Below, piece after piece: positions 37,879 through 47,385 of a stretch of DNA of 64,000 nucleotides. The DNA lies in contig JADHSC010000003.1 of NCBI GenBank assembly GCA_016777125.1, positions 15,164-79,163 on the forward strand. The letters run 5' to 3'. The DNA is from Candidatus Poseidoniaceae archaeon (GTDB taxonomy: Archaea > Thermoplasmatota > Poseidoniia > Poseidoniales > Poseidoniaceae). Both the position numbers and the translations under genes were made by a program. How positions within the stretch are numbered: the first letter of the stretch is position 1; every line of letters starts with the position of its first letter. The notes beneath the pieces were generated by a model. It had not been told where the DNA came from. It worked only from the letters and a program-made list of their open reading frames with translations, and made no database searches.

Positions 37879-39231
37879 ATGGCTGAAGCACCTTCTGTAG
37901 GGTCGAGAGTAAAACTGCGCCTCGAAACGCTCTCTGGAGAGACCATTGTAGAAGGCGTTATTTTACCACCTGCGGTCGAGCAACACGTCACCGTTAAATT
38001 ACCAAATGGCTACAATTTGAGCCACCCACTTAGCCAAACGCATGTCATAGAGTCTGAGATAAAAGAAGCTCAGCCTTCTACACAAGCGTCCCAACCGGCA
38101 CACAATCCGGACCTACCGTCCATTCGAATCATTCACACAGGAGGAACAATCGCTTCCAAGGTTGATTATGTTACAGGAGCAGTTACTGCTCAATTCGAGC
38201 CCTCTGAATTGGTGCATCATGTCCCTGAATTGCAACGAATTGCAAACATTGACGCTCACAAAATAGGCAATATGTTCAGCGAAGATATTCGCCCAATGCA
38301 TTGGAATCAAATCATCGATGCTACTGAGAAAGCATTCCAACAAGGATGTGATGGGGTCGTCGTCACACACGGGACCGACACACTCCATATCTCATCGTCC
38401 GCAGTAGCATATGCATGGTGCGGAGAAGGGAAGAAAGCACCTGGACGAATTGCGTTCGTTGGCTCCCAACGATCGAGTGATCGGGCTTCATCGGATGCTG
38501 CTCAGAACCTCATCGCAGCAGTTACTTGGGCTGCTCAAGGCCCAACTCCAAATGGAAATCTGTCCGATTGTGTTGTCGTTGCTATGCATCGAACAAGTGA
38601 TGATGGGGCATGTTCAATTCATGCTGCAACAGGTGTTCGGAAACTCCACTCGAGTCGTCGTGATGCGTTCAGACCGGTAAACACCCAACCACTCGCAACA
38701 GTTACAATCGATGAAGGAATGATTGAAATTCAACTCAGCGAACATTACCAGAAGAACAGAATGGAACATCCAGTACGTGAAAAAGCAACTGCAGCATTAC
38801 GATTCAAACCAGAGGTATCGATTCGCCAATTCATGGCTGGACCTTGGTTACTCTCCGCTGAGATTAACGAGGCAATAGAATCGAATGTTGATGCCTTAGT
38901 CTTCCACGGCACAGGTCTTGGTCACGTACCAATCGAAAACCCAAATGAAGATGCACCTCAGAACCTCGAATTACGCTCATCAATTCAGAAGGCGATTGAC
39001 AACAACATCCCCGTCATGATCGTGAACCAATGCATCCATGGCCCAGTGGATATGAATGTCTACTCCAAAGGAAGAATCCAACAAGAAATGGGCATGTTAG
39101 GCCACGGAATCACGACATCACCTGAAGCTGCAATTGTAAAGTTACATTATGCCCTCTCAACGGACAAAAATGTTCGCGAAATTCTTACAACCAATCTCTT
39201 TGGAGAAGAAATCTATCAGATAAGAGATTAA
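37879..39231 (+). CDS. gatD: Glutamyl-tRNA(Gln) amidotransferase subunit D
   Basis: VKLPNGYNL N-terminal domain, HTGGTIASKVDY.TGAV, HGTDT, GSQRSSDR and RKLHSSRRDAF. Start moved to 37879 because the longer ORF overlaps the tRNA. Confidence 0.93.
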   Translation: MAEAPSVGSRVKLRLETLSGETIVEGVILPPAVEQHVTVKLPNGYNLSHPLSQTHVIESEIKEAQPSTQASQPAHNPDLPSIRIIHTGGTIASKVDYVTGAVTAQFEPSELVHHVPELQRIANIDAHKIGNMFSEDIRPMHWNQIIDATEKAFQQGCDGVVVTHGTDTLHISSSAVAYAWCGEGKKAPGRIAFVGSQRSSDRASSDAAQNLIAAVTWAAQGPTPNGNLSDCVVVAMHRTSDDGACSIHAATGVRKLHSSRRDAFRPVNTQPLATVTIDEGMIEIQLSEHYQKNRMEHPVREKATAALRFKPEVSIRQFMAGPWLLSAEINEAIESNVDALVFHGTGLGHVPIENPNEDAPQNLELRSSIQKAIDNNIPVMIVNQCIHGPVDMNVYSKGRIQQEMGMLGHGITTSPEAAIVKLHYALSTDKNVREILTTNLFGEEIYQIRD

Positions 39232-39269
39232 GCGATTCGATGAAGAACCTCATCGCCCCTCATCTGTTC

Positions 39270-40832
39270 ATGGCGACTCCTACTGGCGACCCCGTTAGCG
39301 AACTTCGCTCACGTCGAGAGAGTGCCCGATTAGGTGGCGGATTGAAGGCACAGGAAGCCATCCGAGCAGGAGGAAGAGGAACTGCAAGGGACCGTATTGG
39401 GATGCTTTTAGATCCCGATTCATTCATTGAAGTGGATACATTTGTCATGCATCGAACAACTGATCACAATATGTTCCTTCATGAAACACTTGGAGACGGA
39501 GTGATCACAGGACATGGAACCATTGATGGCCGTAGAGTTCACTGTTTTGCCCAGGATTTTAGCGTCCACGGAGGTTCAATGGGTGAAATGCATGCAAAGA
39601 AGATCGCTAAAGTCGTTGAAATGGCTGAGCGAACAAAAACACCACTCGTATGTGTCTGGGATGGAGGTGGCCAACGTGCTCATGATGGACTCGATGCACT
39701 TGCTGGAACTGGAGAACTCCTCGATCGACTTGTTCAGTGCAGTGGCAGAATTCCAGTCCTCAGCCTTGTCCTTGGACCTGTCGTTGGCGTTTCCGCGCTG
39801 GCTGCAAGTCTGTCTGATTTCACAATACTTGGAGAAGAGCATGGGCAGTTATTCCTATCCTCTCCACTCGAAACTCCTGAAGTACAACAAGGTGAAGTTG
39901 ACGCATCTGGACTTGGAGGAGCATCACTTCATGCGTCCCGTTCGGGAATTGCTTGTTTGGTGGCAGATGATGAAGACGATGCATGTTTCCTCGTTCACGA
40001 GATTCTATCGTATCTTCCAGACCACAACGATGCCGAGCCTCCATTCGTAGCGACTGAAGATCCAATAACTCGTCTCAATGAAGAATTAGAAACTCTTGTC
40101 CCTGACAATCCCAATCGTCCCTACGACATGGTGAAGGTTGTCGAAGAAGTTGTTGATGATGGAGAATTCTTAGAACTCTTCACAAATTACGCAGAGAACA
40201 TCATCATTGGATTCGCTCGACTTAACGGACGAACAATCGGTATTGTCGGTAATCAACCAAATGTTCTCGCAGGCTGCTTAGACATTGACGCATCGATCAA
40301 GGCCGCTCGATTCATTCGCCTATGTGATGCATTCAACATCCCTCTTGTAACGTTCGAAGATGTTCCAGGATTCCTTCCAGGTGTTGTTCAAGAATGGGGT
40401 GGAATCATTCGACATGGAGCAAAACTCCTCTTCGCCTATGCTGAAGCAACAGTCCCAAAACTTACACTCATCACGAGAAAAGCATACGGTGGAGCCTACT
40501 TGGCAATGTCATGTAAGCATTTACAGAGTGATTACAATGTCGCTTGGCCAACTGCTGAACTTGCAGTAATGGGGGCTGAAGGAGCGGTTAACATCATTCA
40601 TCGAAGAGAAATCAACGCAGTTGAACCAGAACAACAAGAAGATGTTCGCCTTCGACTCGTCGATGAATACAAAGCCAAATTTGGTGACCCATACGTTGCA
40701 GCACGAAATGGTTGGCTTGACGATGTCATCGAACCTTCCGAAAGCAGATTGCGGCTTTGCAGAGCACTGAATATTCTACGCTCAAAGCGAGAATGGAGCC
40801 CACCTAAGAAACACGGCAACATTCCCCTATGA
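39270..40832 (+). CDS. Acyl-CoA carboxylase carboxyltransferase subunit (PccB/MmdA-like)
   Basis: GDGVITGHGTIDGR, QDFSVHGGS, DVPGFLPG..QE.GGIIRHGAK, RKAYGGAY and KKHGNIPL. Confidence 0.9.
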   Translation: MATPTGDPVSELRSRRESARLGGGLKAQEAIRAGGRGTARDRIGMLLDPDSFIEVDTFVMHRTTDHNMFLHETLGDGVITGHGTIDGRRVHCFAQDFSVHGGSMGEMHAKKIAKVVEMAERTKTPLVCVWDGGGQRAHDGLDALAGTGELLDRLVQCSGRIPVLSLVLGPVVGVSALAASLSDFTILGEEHGQLFLSSPLETPEVQQGEVDASGLGGASLHASRSGIACLVADDEDDACFLVHEILSYLPDHNDAEPPFVATEDPITRLNEELETLVPDNPNRPYDMVKVVEEVVDDGEFLELFTNYAENIIIGFARLNGRTIGIVGNQPNVLAGCLDIDASIKAARFIRLCDAFNIPLVTFEDVPGFLPGVVQEWGGIIRHGAKLLFAYAEATVPKLTLITRKAYGGAYLAMSCKHLQSDYNVAWPTAELAVMGAEGAVNIIHRREINAVEPEQQEDVRLRLVDEYKAKFGDPYVAARNGWLDDVIEPSESRLRLCRALNILRSKREWSPPKKHGNIPL

Positions 40833-43532
40833 TTCGTTTATTTTCCGCTCTGCTCGAGCCAGTAAGCCGCCTGATTGATCATCAGGCTCAGGTTGCTGAG
40901 GAGGCTTTCGAACCTGTAACAGCATCCACCCAACAAGAGCAACGAGTGGGACAATAATCACAGCTGCAATCAATGTTGAGCCTCCACTTGATGGATCATC
41001 AGAATCTGCTGAAGGAGTCTCTGGCTCAACTAGAACCGTGTACTGAAGGCGCAATGAAACATCTGCAAAGGCTGGATCTCTTGCAATGATATCAAACTGT
41101 AGAATCGAACCTTCGATCTGTTCTCCAGTGAAAAGTTGAGTACACCAAGAAGTGATTATTGAAGAATCACAATTCATTGTTCCACTTTGGAGTACACCGT
41201 CAAGATTGACGATGATATCCATTTGTGAATCAGGATCTGTATCGCTCCAAAGCCATTGCAACAGAAGTGTGTTTTCAGAGGTCTTTGTGATCGATCCATT
41301 CGATAGAACAGGACGATCCGGTTCAGCACTTATCGTCAAGTTAATTCTCTTTGCGAAGACAACCTCGCCATCAGTGACATTCAGCCACCATCCATTGTCA
41401 ATTCCATTTGCATCAATCAATGCAGAAATGAGCAACTCTTGACCTGATATCGCCATTTGCGACTTCGTTGAACCATCTGATTCTAATTCCCATACCAACG
41501 CATCTCCATCGGCATCAACAGCAAAATCAAGAAGGCTTACGAGAAGTGTCTCCTCCTCACCAAGAGCAATATTCCATGACGATTCAGTAACATCAAATGC
41601 ATCGTTCATTGCATTTACTCTGAACGGTACATCAAGTGAAAGAGGTGTATTGAATCCATCAGAGGCAGTTAGCGTGAACACTTCTGCGCCGTTAGCATTG
41701 GACAAAGGAGTAAATCGAATCGTGTCATTTGAAGGTTCAACAAACCATGAAAGCAACTCTCCTTCTCCTTGAGTCAATCCGTTAATTTCCATTGTCAAAG
41801 GAGCCCCTTCAGGGTCAGTGATGTATTGAGACGCATCAAACCAAACAGCAGGACCATCTTCGTCGACCACTTGTTGTACCACCGTAGAGAGTTGGATAAG
41901 CGGATCATTAATTGGAAGGATACTGCCGTTTAGAGTGACGTTCAACAGATCGAGTATAGCCCCACCTGCTTTCAGTTCCAACTCGACTTTCGTAGTCCCC
42001 TCCCATTCTTCATCAAGTGGATGTGAAAGTGTGAACCCCAATAAATCTGCATCGATTATGATGTTGAAATGGGATTCATTATCTAGAAGTGTGGCGTTGA
42101 TGATTTCAATTGCTTGACCATCAGGGTCGATGGCAATCTCAGAAGAATCAAGATGAACATATCCCCGCTGTGGAACAAGTAGTTCAGGGTAGGGATCAAT
42201 CAATCCGATTGGATCGTTTGTTCTGTTAAAGTCGAAGGTAATGTATCCTGAACCGCCTTCTACAAAGACCTTCAATTTGATTTGATGAGCTCCCGGAGAG
42301 ACACCACTCATTGGCACAACACACCGAGCCTCATCATTGATGATGACTCCAGAAAACACAGTAGAATTATCAAGAACACACTTTGTTGAAACGGTCCAAT
42401 TTGAAGGGATATCATCGTATTGATCACCGTTTCGCATAGACCATGATGCTAAGAAAACTGCTTCATCCATTGGACCAAGTAGGGTCCCATTCAAACTGAT
42501 AGGTGTTGTAAGAGGAATGAGTTGGGCTTCATCAAAATCTTCATCCACATACCCATTCGAATCGACAACTGTATCGACCTCATTCGGACGGTTAAACGCC
42601 TCACGGAAGGATGAATGGTCCCCGCGTAATGTTAAGTCGAGATACGGGAGAACATGCTCCATTGCATGATCCATTTGTTCCTCTTGAGTGAGTGAAGCAT
42701 CTCCATCATTCAAATTCTCGAAGAAGGAAGATGAATCTTGATACTGGTAATGATTTGCTCCAAGTGAGTGGAGTATTTGCCATGCAAACCCATCCACATT
42801 TTCCAATACTGGCAGAACGTGTTCTGTTGCAGGTGCTACTTCATCGGCACTTCCCGTGATGAACAAGCCAATGTTTGGAGCAGGTGCTTGTATCGTAAGT
42901 GGTTCGTTCACTTCTTCAACTTCAAGAGCAAGTCCTACAATAGCTCTCGGCGGTTGGACGGTTTGATTTGTTGCAAGTGTGAGCCAATTGATGTATCCAT
43001 TCGTTGCAATAACAGCACCTACGCCGTGTCCAATGAGGCCCCAATGAGCTTCGTCTACGGAACCAAACATTCCAAGCACTGCCTCATTTGACTGGTTCGC
43101 ATTGTTCATCCATGCTTGAATTTCCTCTAAATCGGAGACAATATCATTGACTTCCAGATCGGTTTGCCATGAAGGTATGTACACCATCGTACCCGTTTGT
43201 GCAATTCGTGAACAGAGAAGCATGTAGTTGTCTGGAGTTTCATTTTCATCAACGATGAGAACCATCCATGGGAATGGACCGTTCCCTGCTACTTCACTGT
43301 CTTCTCCAGAAACCATTGCTGGATAGACAAGGCGATGATCTTGTCCTGGAGCTCCTTGTTGGTTCACTGAAAAATCAATCCACCCGACTGGGAAGTCGGG
43401 TCCCGTGTGAGGCGATTGGAAATTAGAATCTTCTTCTGGAAAGGCTTGCACTCCCGAAAAGGTTGCTAAGACTAGCAACCCACACATCACCAAGGAGCGT
43501 GCGCTCATAGGGTTGGCTGGCTCTTCGGACAT
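40827..43532 (-). CDS. Surface protein: N-terminal alpha/beta-hydrolase-like domain (nucleophile Ser replaced by Gly), cadherin/Big_9-like repeats and C-terminal TM helix
   Basis: Signal peptide; VYPA..GPFP, GHGVGA, GSADEVAP, GANHYQY; repeated DPDG/DPEG/DADGD and .NDP/.NDA motifs; TM helix LIAAVIIVPLVALVGWMLL. Confidence 0.72.
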   Translation of the reverse strand: MSEEPANPMSARSLVMCGLLVLATFSGVQAFPEEDSNFQSPHTGPDFPVGWIDFSVNQQGAPGQDHRLVYPAMVSGEDSEVAGNGPFPWMVLIVDENETPDNYMLLCSRIAQTGTMVYIPSWQTDLEVNDIVSDLEEIQAWMNNANQSNEAVLGMFGSVDEAHWGLIGHGVGAVIATNGYINWLTLATNQTVQPPRAIVGLALEVEEVNEPLTIQAPAPNIGLFITGSADEVAPATEHVLPVLENVDGFAWQILHSLGANHYQYQDSSSFFENLNDGDASLTQEEQMDHAMEHVLPYLDLTLRGDHSSFREAFNRPNEVDTVVDSNGYVDEDFDEAQLIPLTTPISLNGTLLGPMDEAVFLASWSMRNGDQYDDIPSNWTVSTKCVLDNSTVFSGVIINDEARCVVPMSGVSPGAHQIKLKVFVEGGSGYITFDFNRTNDPIGLIDPYPELLVPQRGYVHLDSSEIAIDPDGQAIEIINATLLDNESHFNIIIDADLLGFTLSHPLDEEWEGTTKVELELKAGGAILDLLNVTLNGSILPINDPLIQLSTVVQQVVDEDGPAVWFDASQYITDPEGAPLTMEINGLTQGEGELLSWFVEPSNDTIRFTPLSNANGAEVFTLTASDGFNTPLSLDVPFRVNAMNDAFDVTESSWNIALGEEETLLVSLLDFAVDADGDALVWELESDGSTKSQMAISGQELLISALIDANGIDNGWWLNVTDGEVVFAKRINLTISAEPDRPVLSNGSITKTSENTLLLQWLWSDTDPDSQMDIIVNLDGVLQSGTMNCDSSIITSWCTQLFTGEQIEGSILQFDIIARDPAFADVSLRLQYTVLVEPETPSADSDDPSSGGSTLIAAVIIVPLVALVGWMLLQVRKPPQQPEPDDQSGGLLARAERKINES

Positions 43533-43533
43533 T

Positions 43534-44541
43534 TCATTCTTCCATTGATTTGCTTCTTGAAATGGCTAGTTCAAATTCGCAATCAGACAGCCATGACACG
43601 AGTTGTGCAAGTGTAGGCAGATGTTCAGCACTTTGAGGAGCCCACAGACGACGCCATGATTCAAGATGCTGTCCCGCCAACATCCATCTTCCATCGATTA
43701 TAGAGTTCTTTGAATCGAGGATAGAGTCCCTTTCCTGAAGCGACCCGTTCAATGGAAGATAATCTGGCGTAAGCGTTCTCTTTACAGCGAGATGTTGATC
43801 GTACGTACCATCAAAATCGATGAGCAAGTCAAGTTGTTTCACATCTGCTAACTTTTTGCTAATCAGGGACGCATCGATTTTTCTTCGTCCACCAAGCGAA
43901 ACAACATGGCCTCCCGACTCAAGCCAAGCATCTGCGATTGAACGTGCTGAACCGCCGCCCCCATGCAGACCAAGGATGGCTCCAGAAGCAACATCAATTC
44001 CGTGGTGAATTGCAACATCAACCACACCTGCACCATCTGTTGTAGCACAATACCAACCGTGGCCAGTCCATCGAAGTGTATTGACGGAGAGAATATCCAT
44101 CCCTTTGTCTACAGGCGTGAAAGCCATACTCTGCAACTGATGCTTCAATGGTGAGGTAAGATTCAACCAAACCTCTTTGCCGTAATACTGCGATGGAAGG
44201 TGATGTGAGGCTGGCGGACGTTTTCGAGATGGTTCGGCTCCTTCAAATGAAGGGCGTATGTCTCTGGTAAGAACTTCTTCAACGAGTCTTGTAAGTTGTA
44301 CTGAGTTCTTGTTGAGTCGACTTCCGAGTAGAGCCCAATCAGGATTATGTTCATCATGCTCGATATATCCCCATCCTAATACCTCATCCACGTGTACAGA
44401 TTCAATCAGTCGTAACGATCGAGGAATTAGATTCGGAATCTGGTTCTTTTTCTTCAAGTGATGGAATACCAGATGAAACAGCACGGGGGAGAGTGAATGC
44501 GATATGGGCGAGCCTCCCACCGCATATCGTACTTCGCCCAT
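43534..44541 (-). CDS. Divergent shikimate dehydrogenase-like protein
   Basis: GSPISHSLSP, NLTSPLK, VNTL, TTDGAG, GGGGSARS and DGRWMLAGQ. Start moved to ATG 44541. Confidence 0.7.
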   Translation of the reverse strand: MGEVRYAVGGSPISHSLSPVLFHLVFHHLKKKNQIPNLIPRSLRLIESVHVDEVLGWGYIEHDEHNPDWALLGSRLNKNSVQLTRLVEEVLTRDIRPSFEGAEPSRKRPPASHHLPSQYYGKEVWLNLTSPLKHQLQSMAFTPVDKGMDILSVNTLRWTGHGWYCATTDGAGVVDVAIHHGIDVASGAILGLHGGGGSARSIADAWLESGGHVVSLGGRRKIDASLISKKLADVKQLDLLIDFDGTYDQHLAVKRTLTPDYLPLNGSLQERDSILDSKNSIIDGRWMLAGQHLESWRRLWAPQSAEHLPTLAQLVSWLSDCEFELAISRSKSMEE

Positions 44542-44649
44542 GTACCCTCCATGGAACTCTTTATTGATGAACATCTGTCCCCAAAAACACGAGATTTTGT
44601 TTACTTTCGTCGGCATTGGATTCAAGAGGAAGGAGTGCATAGCATTACC

Positions 44650-44955
44650 ATGGCGGCAGCAGAACGTGGTTCATTTCTCTGGTTTATGTTCGGAATTACT
44701 CAATTTTTCCTATCGATTAAACTCATGGGAGAGGTAGAGGGATGGGTTACAACCTTGTTTGGAGGTGGAGCTGCTGCTGCAATAATGCTCGCCATCGTTG
44801 TGTTCCGCATGGAGCAAAAGGAATTACTATTGAATCCACTCAAACTCAATCGTGAAGTCAATGAAGATGCAATCAAGAATCAAGGCAAGGGCGTTGGTTT
44901 CGGTGTTGGCATGTGGATTATATCCCTGATCACACTTATGTTCGTTCAGTTTTGA
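44650..44955 (+). CDS. Small hypothetical membrane protein
   Basis: Three hydrophobic segments; ATG 44650 avoids overlap with the divergent gene. Confidence 0.68.
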   Translation: MAAAERGSFLWFMFGITQFFLSIKLMGEVEGWVTTLFGGGAAAAIMLAIVVFRMEQKELLLNPLKLNREVNEDAIKNQGKGVGFGVGMWIISLITLMFVQF

Positions 44956-44967
44956 TTGGCGATTACA

Positions 44968-45210
44968 ATGGTATCACCTGACATCTCAACATTTCGTACA
45001 ATCGACGATGGTGCTGAAGAGTTGTTCGGTGGGTTTTGGCCATTCTTGAAACGTACTCTCCTAATGTTCTTGCCACTATGGACATGGCTTTTATGCTGGA
45101 GTGCTGGTTTCAACAACATCATTTCGGCAACTCTAGCAGGACTCTCCATATCGGTCGTTGTTGGCATCGAACGGTACAAATTAAGCCAAACCCCCAGTAA
45201 AGACAATTAA
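44968..45210 (+). CDS. Small hypothetical membrane protein
   Basis: Two hydrophobic segments; co-directional with its neighbours. Confidence 0.6.
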   Translation: MVSPDISTFRTIDDGAEELFGGFWPFLKRTLLMFLPLWTWLLCWSAGFNNIISATLAGLSISVVVGIERYKLSQTPSKDN

Positions 45211-45232
45211 GGCCAACCTTGGATTGAGTAAT

Positions 45233-45841
45233 ATGAGTATCTTTGAATGGCTTGCAGACCTAGCAGGAATCGAAGCCCCAACCTTACTAGAAGTCATCTT
45301 CGTTAGTTGTGCTATACTAGGAGGAATTCTTTTCTTCATCATGATGATTTTAATGCTCGTTGGAGACATTATTGGAGGAGTTGGAGAAGCGGTTGGTTTT
45401 GACGCAGACATTGGAACAGACCTCGGATTCGAAATGTTAAGCATTCAAGGGCTTTCAGTAGCTGTGATGATGTTCGGACTCACTGGTATGTTTGGCCTAT
45501 CGGCGACAGGCAGCGACGTAGCTGCCGTATTGTTCGGAGGCGCAGGTGCGGCCGGTGGAATGTACGGCATGGCTCAAATGATGAGAGGAATAAGCCACCT
45601 ACAAGCAGATGGAACTATGAATTACGATGATGCGATTGGCCAAAGAGGCCAGGTATACTCTCGAATCCGACCAAATGAATCTGGAGAAGTTCAGATTCCA
45701 CTCGGTGGATCACTCAAGAACGTAATCGCACGTGCAAAAGATAAGTCAATGCTCATTCCAAGTGGGGAATTTATCAAAGTTATCGATCGTATTGGATCAA
45801 CGATGATTGTAATCCCGCTTGAAGATGCTTCCGAAGAATAA
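45233..45841 (+). CDS. NfeD-like membrane protein (flotillin partner)
   Basis: N-terminal TM helices, then OB-fold motif IGQRGQVYSRIRPNESGEVQI; directly upstream of flotillin. Confidence 0.82.
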   Translation: MSIFEWLADLAGIEAPTLLEVIFVSCAILGGILFFIMMILMLVGDIIGGVGEAVGFDADIGTDLGFEMLSIQGLSVAVMMFGLTGMFGLSATGSDVAAVLFGGAGAAGGMYGMAQMMRGISHLQADGTMNYDDAIGQRGQVYSRIRPNESGEVQIPLGGSLKNVIARAKDKSMLIPSGEFIKVIDRIGSTMIVIPLEDASEE

Positions 45842-45904
45842 GCGCCACCAAGGGTTTACGGACGTAGGCAAAGCAGTTAATAGGATGAGTTCTGTAAAAC
45901 GGTC

Positions 45905-47296
45905 ATGGCGGACGCATCGACCTGGGCAGTTTTCATAATTTTTGCAGTATTAGCAGTTGGAGCATTTGGATTTATCCTTCTTGTAACTCGTTACAAGCGA
46001 TGTGCTTCTGACGAAATCTTGGTTGTCTATGGACGTATCAAGGGGGGTGCAGCATCACGTTGTATCCATGGAGGTGCCGTCATGGTTTGGCCTCTTGTCC
46101 AAGAATACAAGAAAATCTCACTTACTCCAATGACAATTTCTATCCCATTGGATAACGCACTTTCTCTGCAAAATATTCGTATCAACGTACCTTCCACATT
46201 CACTGTTGGTGTAAGTACAAACCCATTGATTATGGCTAACGCAGCAGAACGTCTTTTACATCTAGCAAAGGACGCTATCGAAGAAATGGCAAAAGAAATA
46301 ATTCTAGGTCAACTCAGACTTACTGTCGCAAGTCTCACTATCGAGCAAATCAACCAAGACAGAGATTCTTTCTTGGAACTCATTCGAGACAACGTAGGTG
46401 CTGAACTACACAAGCTCGGTCTTTTCCTCATCAACGTCAACATCATCGATATTACTGACGAATCAAACTACATCGAAAGCATCGGTAAGAAAGCTGCATC
46501 TGGTGCAGTTAACAAGGCGCTTGTCGACGTAGCAAACGCAGAACGTGATGGTGCAATCGGTAAGGCAAACGCTGACCGAGACAGAGAAGTTCAAGTCGCA
46601 AATAACGTTGCTGAATCTCAGAAGGGACAGAAGACTGCTGAAGTTGGTCGACGTGTTTACATTCAACAACAAGAAGCACTTGGTGTTCAAGGAGAAAACT
46701 TGTCCCGTGCAGAAATCGCATCGTACCAGGCGGATCTCGATGAAAAGGAAGCACAAGCTATGCAGCGTGCTGAGGTTGCTCGAAGAACTGCTGAGATGGA
46801 AGTTCAAAAGGCACAGTATATGCTTGAACAAGAGCGTCTACGAGCTGAAGAGATTGTAAAGGAAGAGATTTCTAAGACTCAAATCGAGATTGCATCCGAA
46901 GCAGAAGCAGAACGTCTACGACGTATCGCTCGTGGTGAAGCAGATGCTGTACTTGCTCGTTACAATGCTGAAGCGGAAGGTACCAAAGCGGTTCTTGAAG
47001 CAAAGGCAAATGGATACAAGCAACTCGTTGCAAGTGCAGGTGGCGATGTAAAGGCTGCTGCTACTCTCCTTATGGTTGAGAAGATTGAAGAAATCGTTGC
47101 TCGACAAACTGAAGCAATCGCAAACCTACAAATCGACAAGATCACAGTTTGGGATTCTGGTGCAGGTGGAAGCGAAGGAGGAAGCACAGCAAACTTTGTT
47201 TCATCCCTCATCCGTTCCTTGCCTCCAGTTCATGATGTAGCCAAGATGGCTGGTGTTGATTTACCAGATTATCTCGGTTCCATGAAAGAAGAGTGA
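45905..47296 (+). CDS. Flotillin-like SPFH domain protein
   Basis: N-terminal TM helix, RYKRC..ILVVYG, GQLRL.VA.LTIEQIN.DR, an Ala/Glu coiled coil and IDKITVWD. Confidence 0.92.
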   Translation: MADASTWAVFIIFAVLAVGAFGFILLVTRYKRCASDEILVVYGRIKGGAASRCIHGGAVMVWPLVQEYKKISLTPMTISIPLDNALSLQNIRINVPSTFTVGVSTNPLIMANAAERLLHLAKDAIEEMAKEIILGQLRLTVASLTIEQINQDRDSFLELIRDNVGAELHKLGLFLINVNIIDITDESNYIESIGKKAASGAVNKALVDVANAERDGAIGKANADRDREVQVANNVAESQKGQKTAEVGRRVYIQQQEALGVQGENLSRAEIASYQADLDEKEAQAMQRAEVARRTAEMEVQKAQYMLEQERLRAEEIVKEEISKTQIEIASEAEAERLRRIARGEADAVLARYNAEAEGTKAVLEAKANGYKQLVASAGGDVKAAATLLMVEKIEEIVARQTEAIANLQIDKITVWDSGAGGSEGGSTANFVSSLIRSLPPVHDVAKMAGVDLPDYLGSMKEE

Positions 47297-47385
47297 TTCG
47301 GTCTAAGCCGAAGAACCGCCAAATTGGACGGTTTGACCTCTGATTAGGGGTTTCTTTGAAAGCCAAACTGCTTTGCATGGAAATT

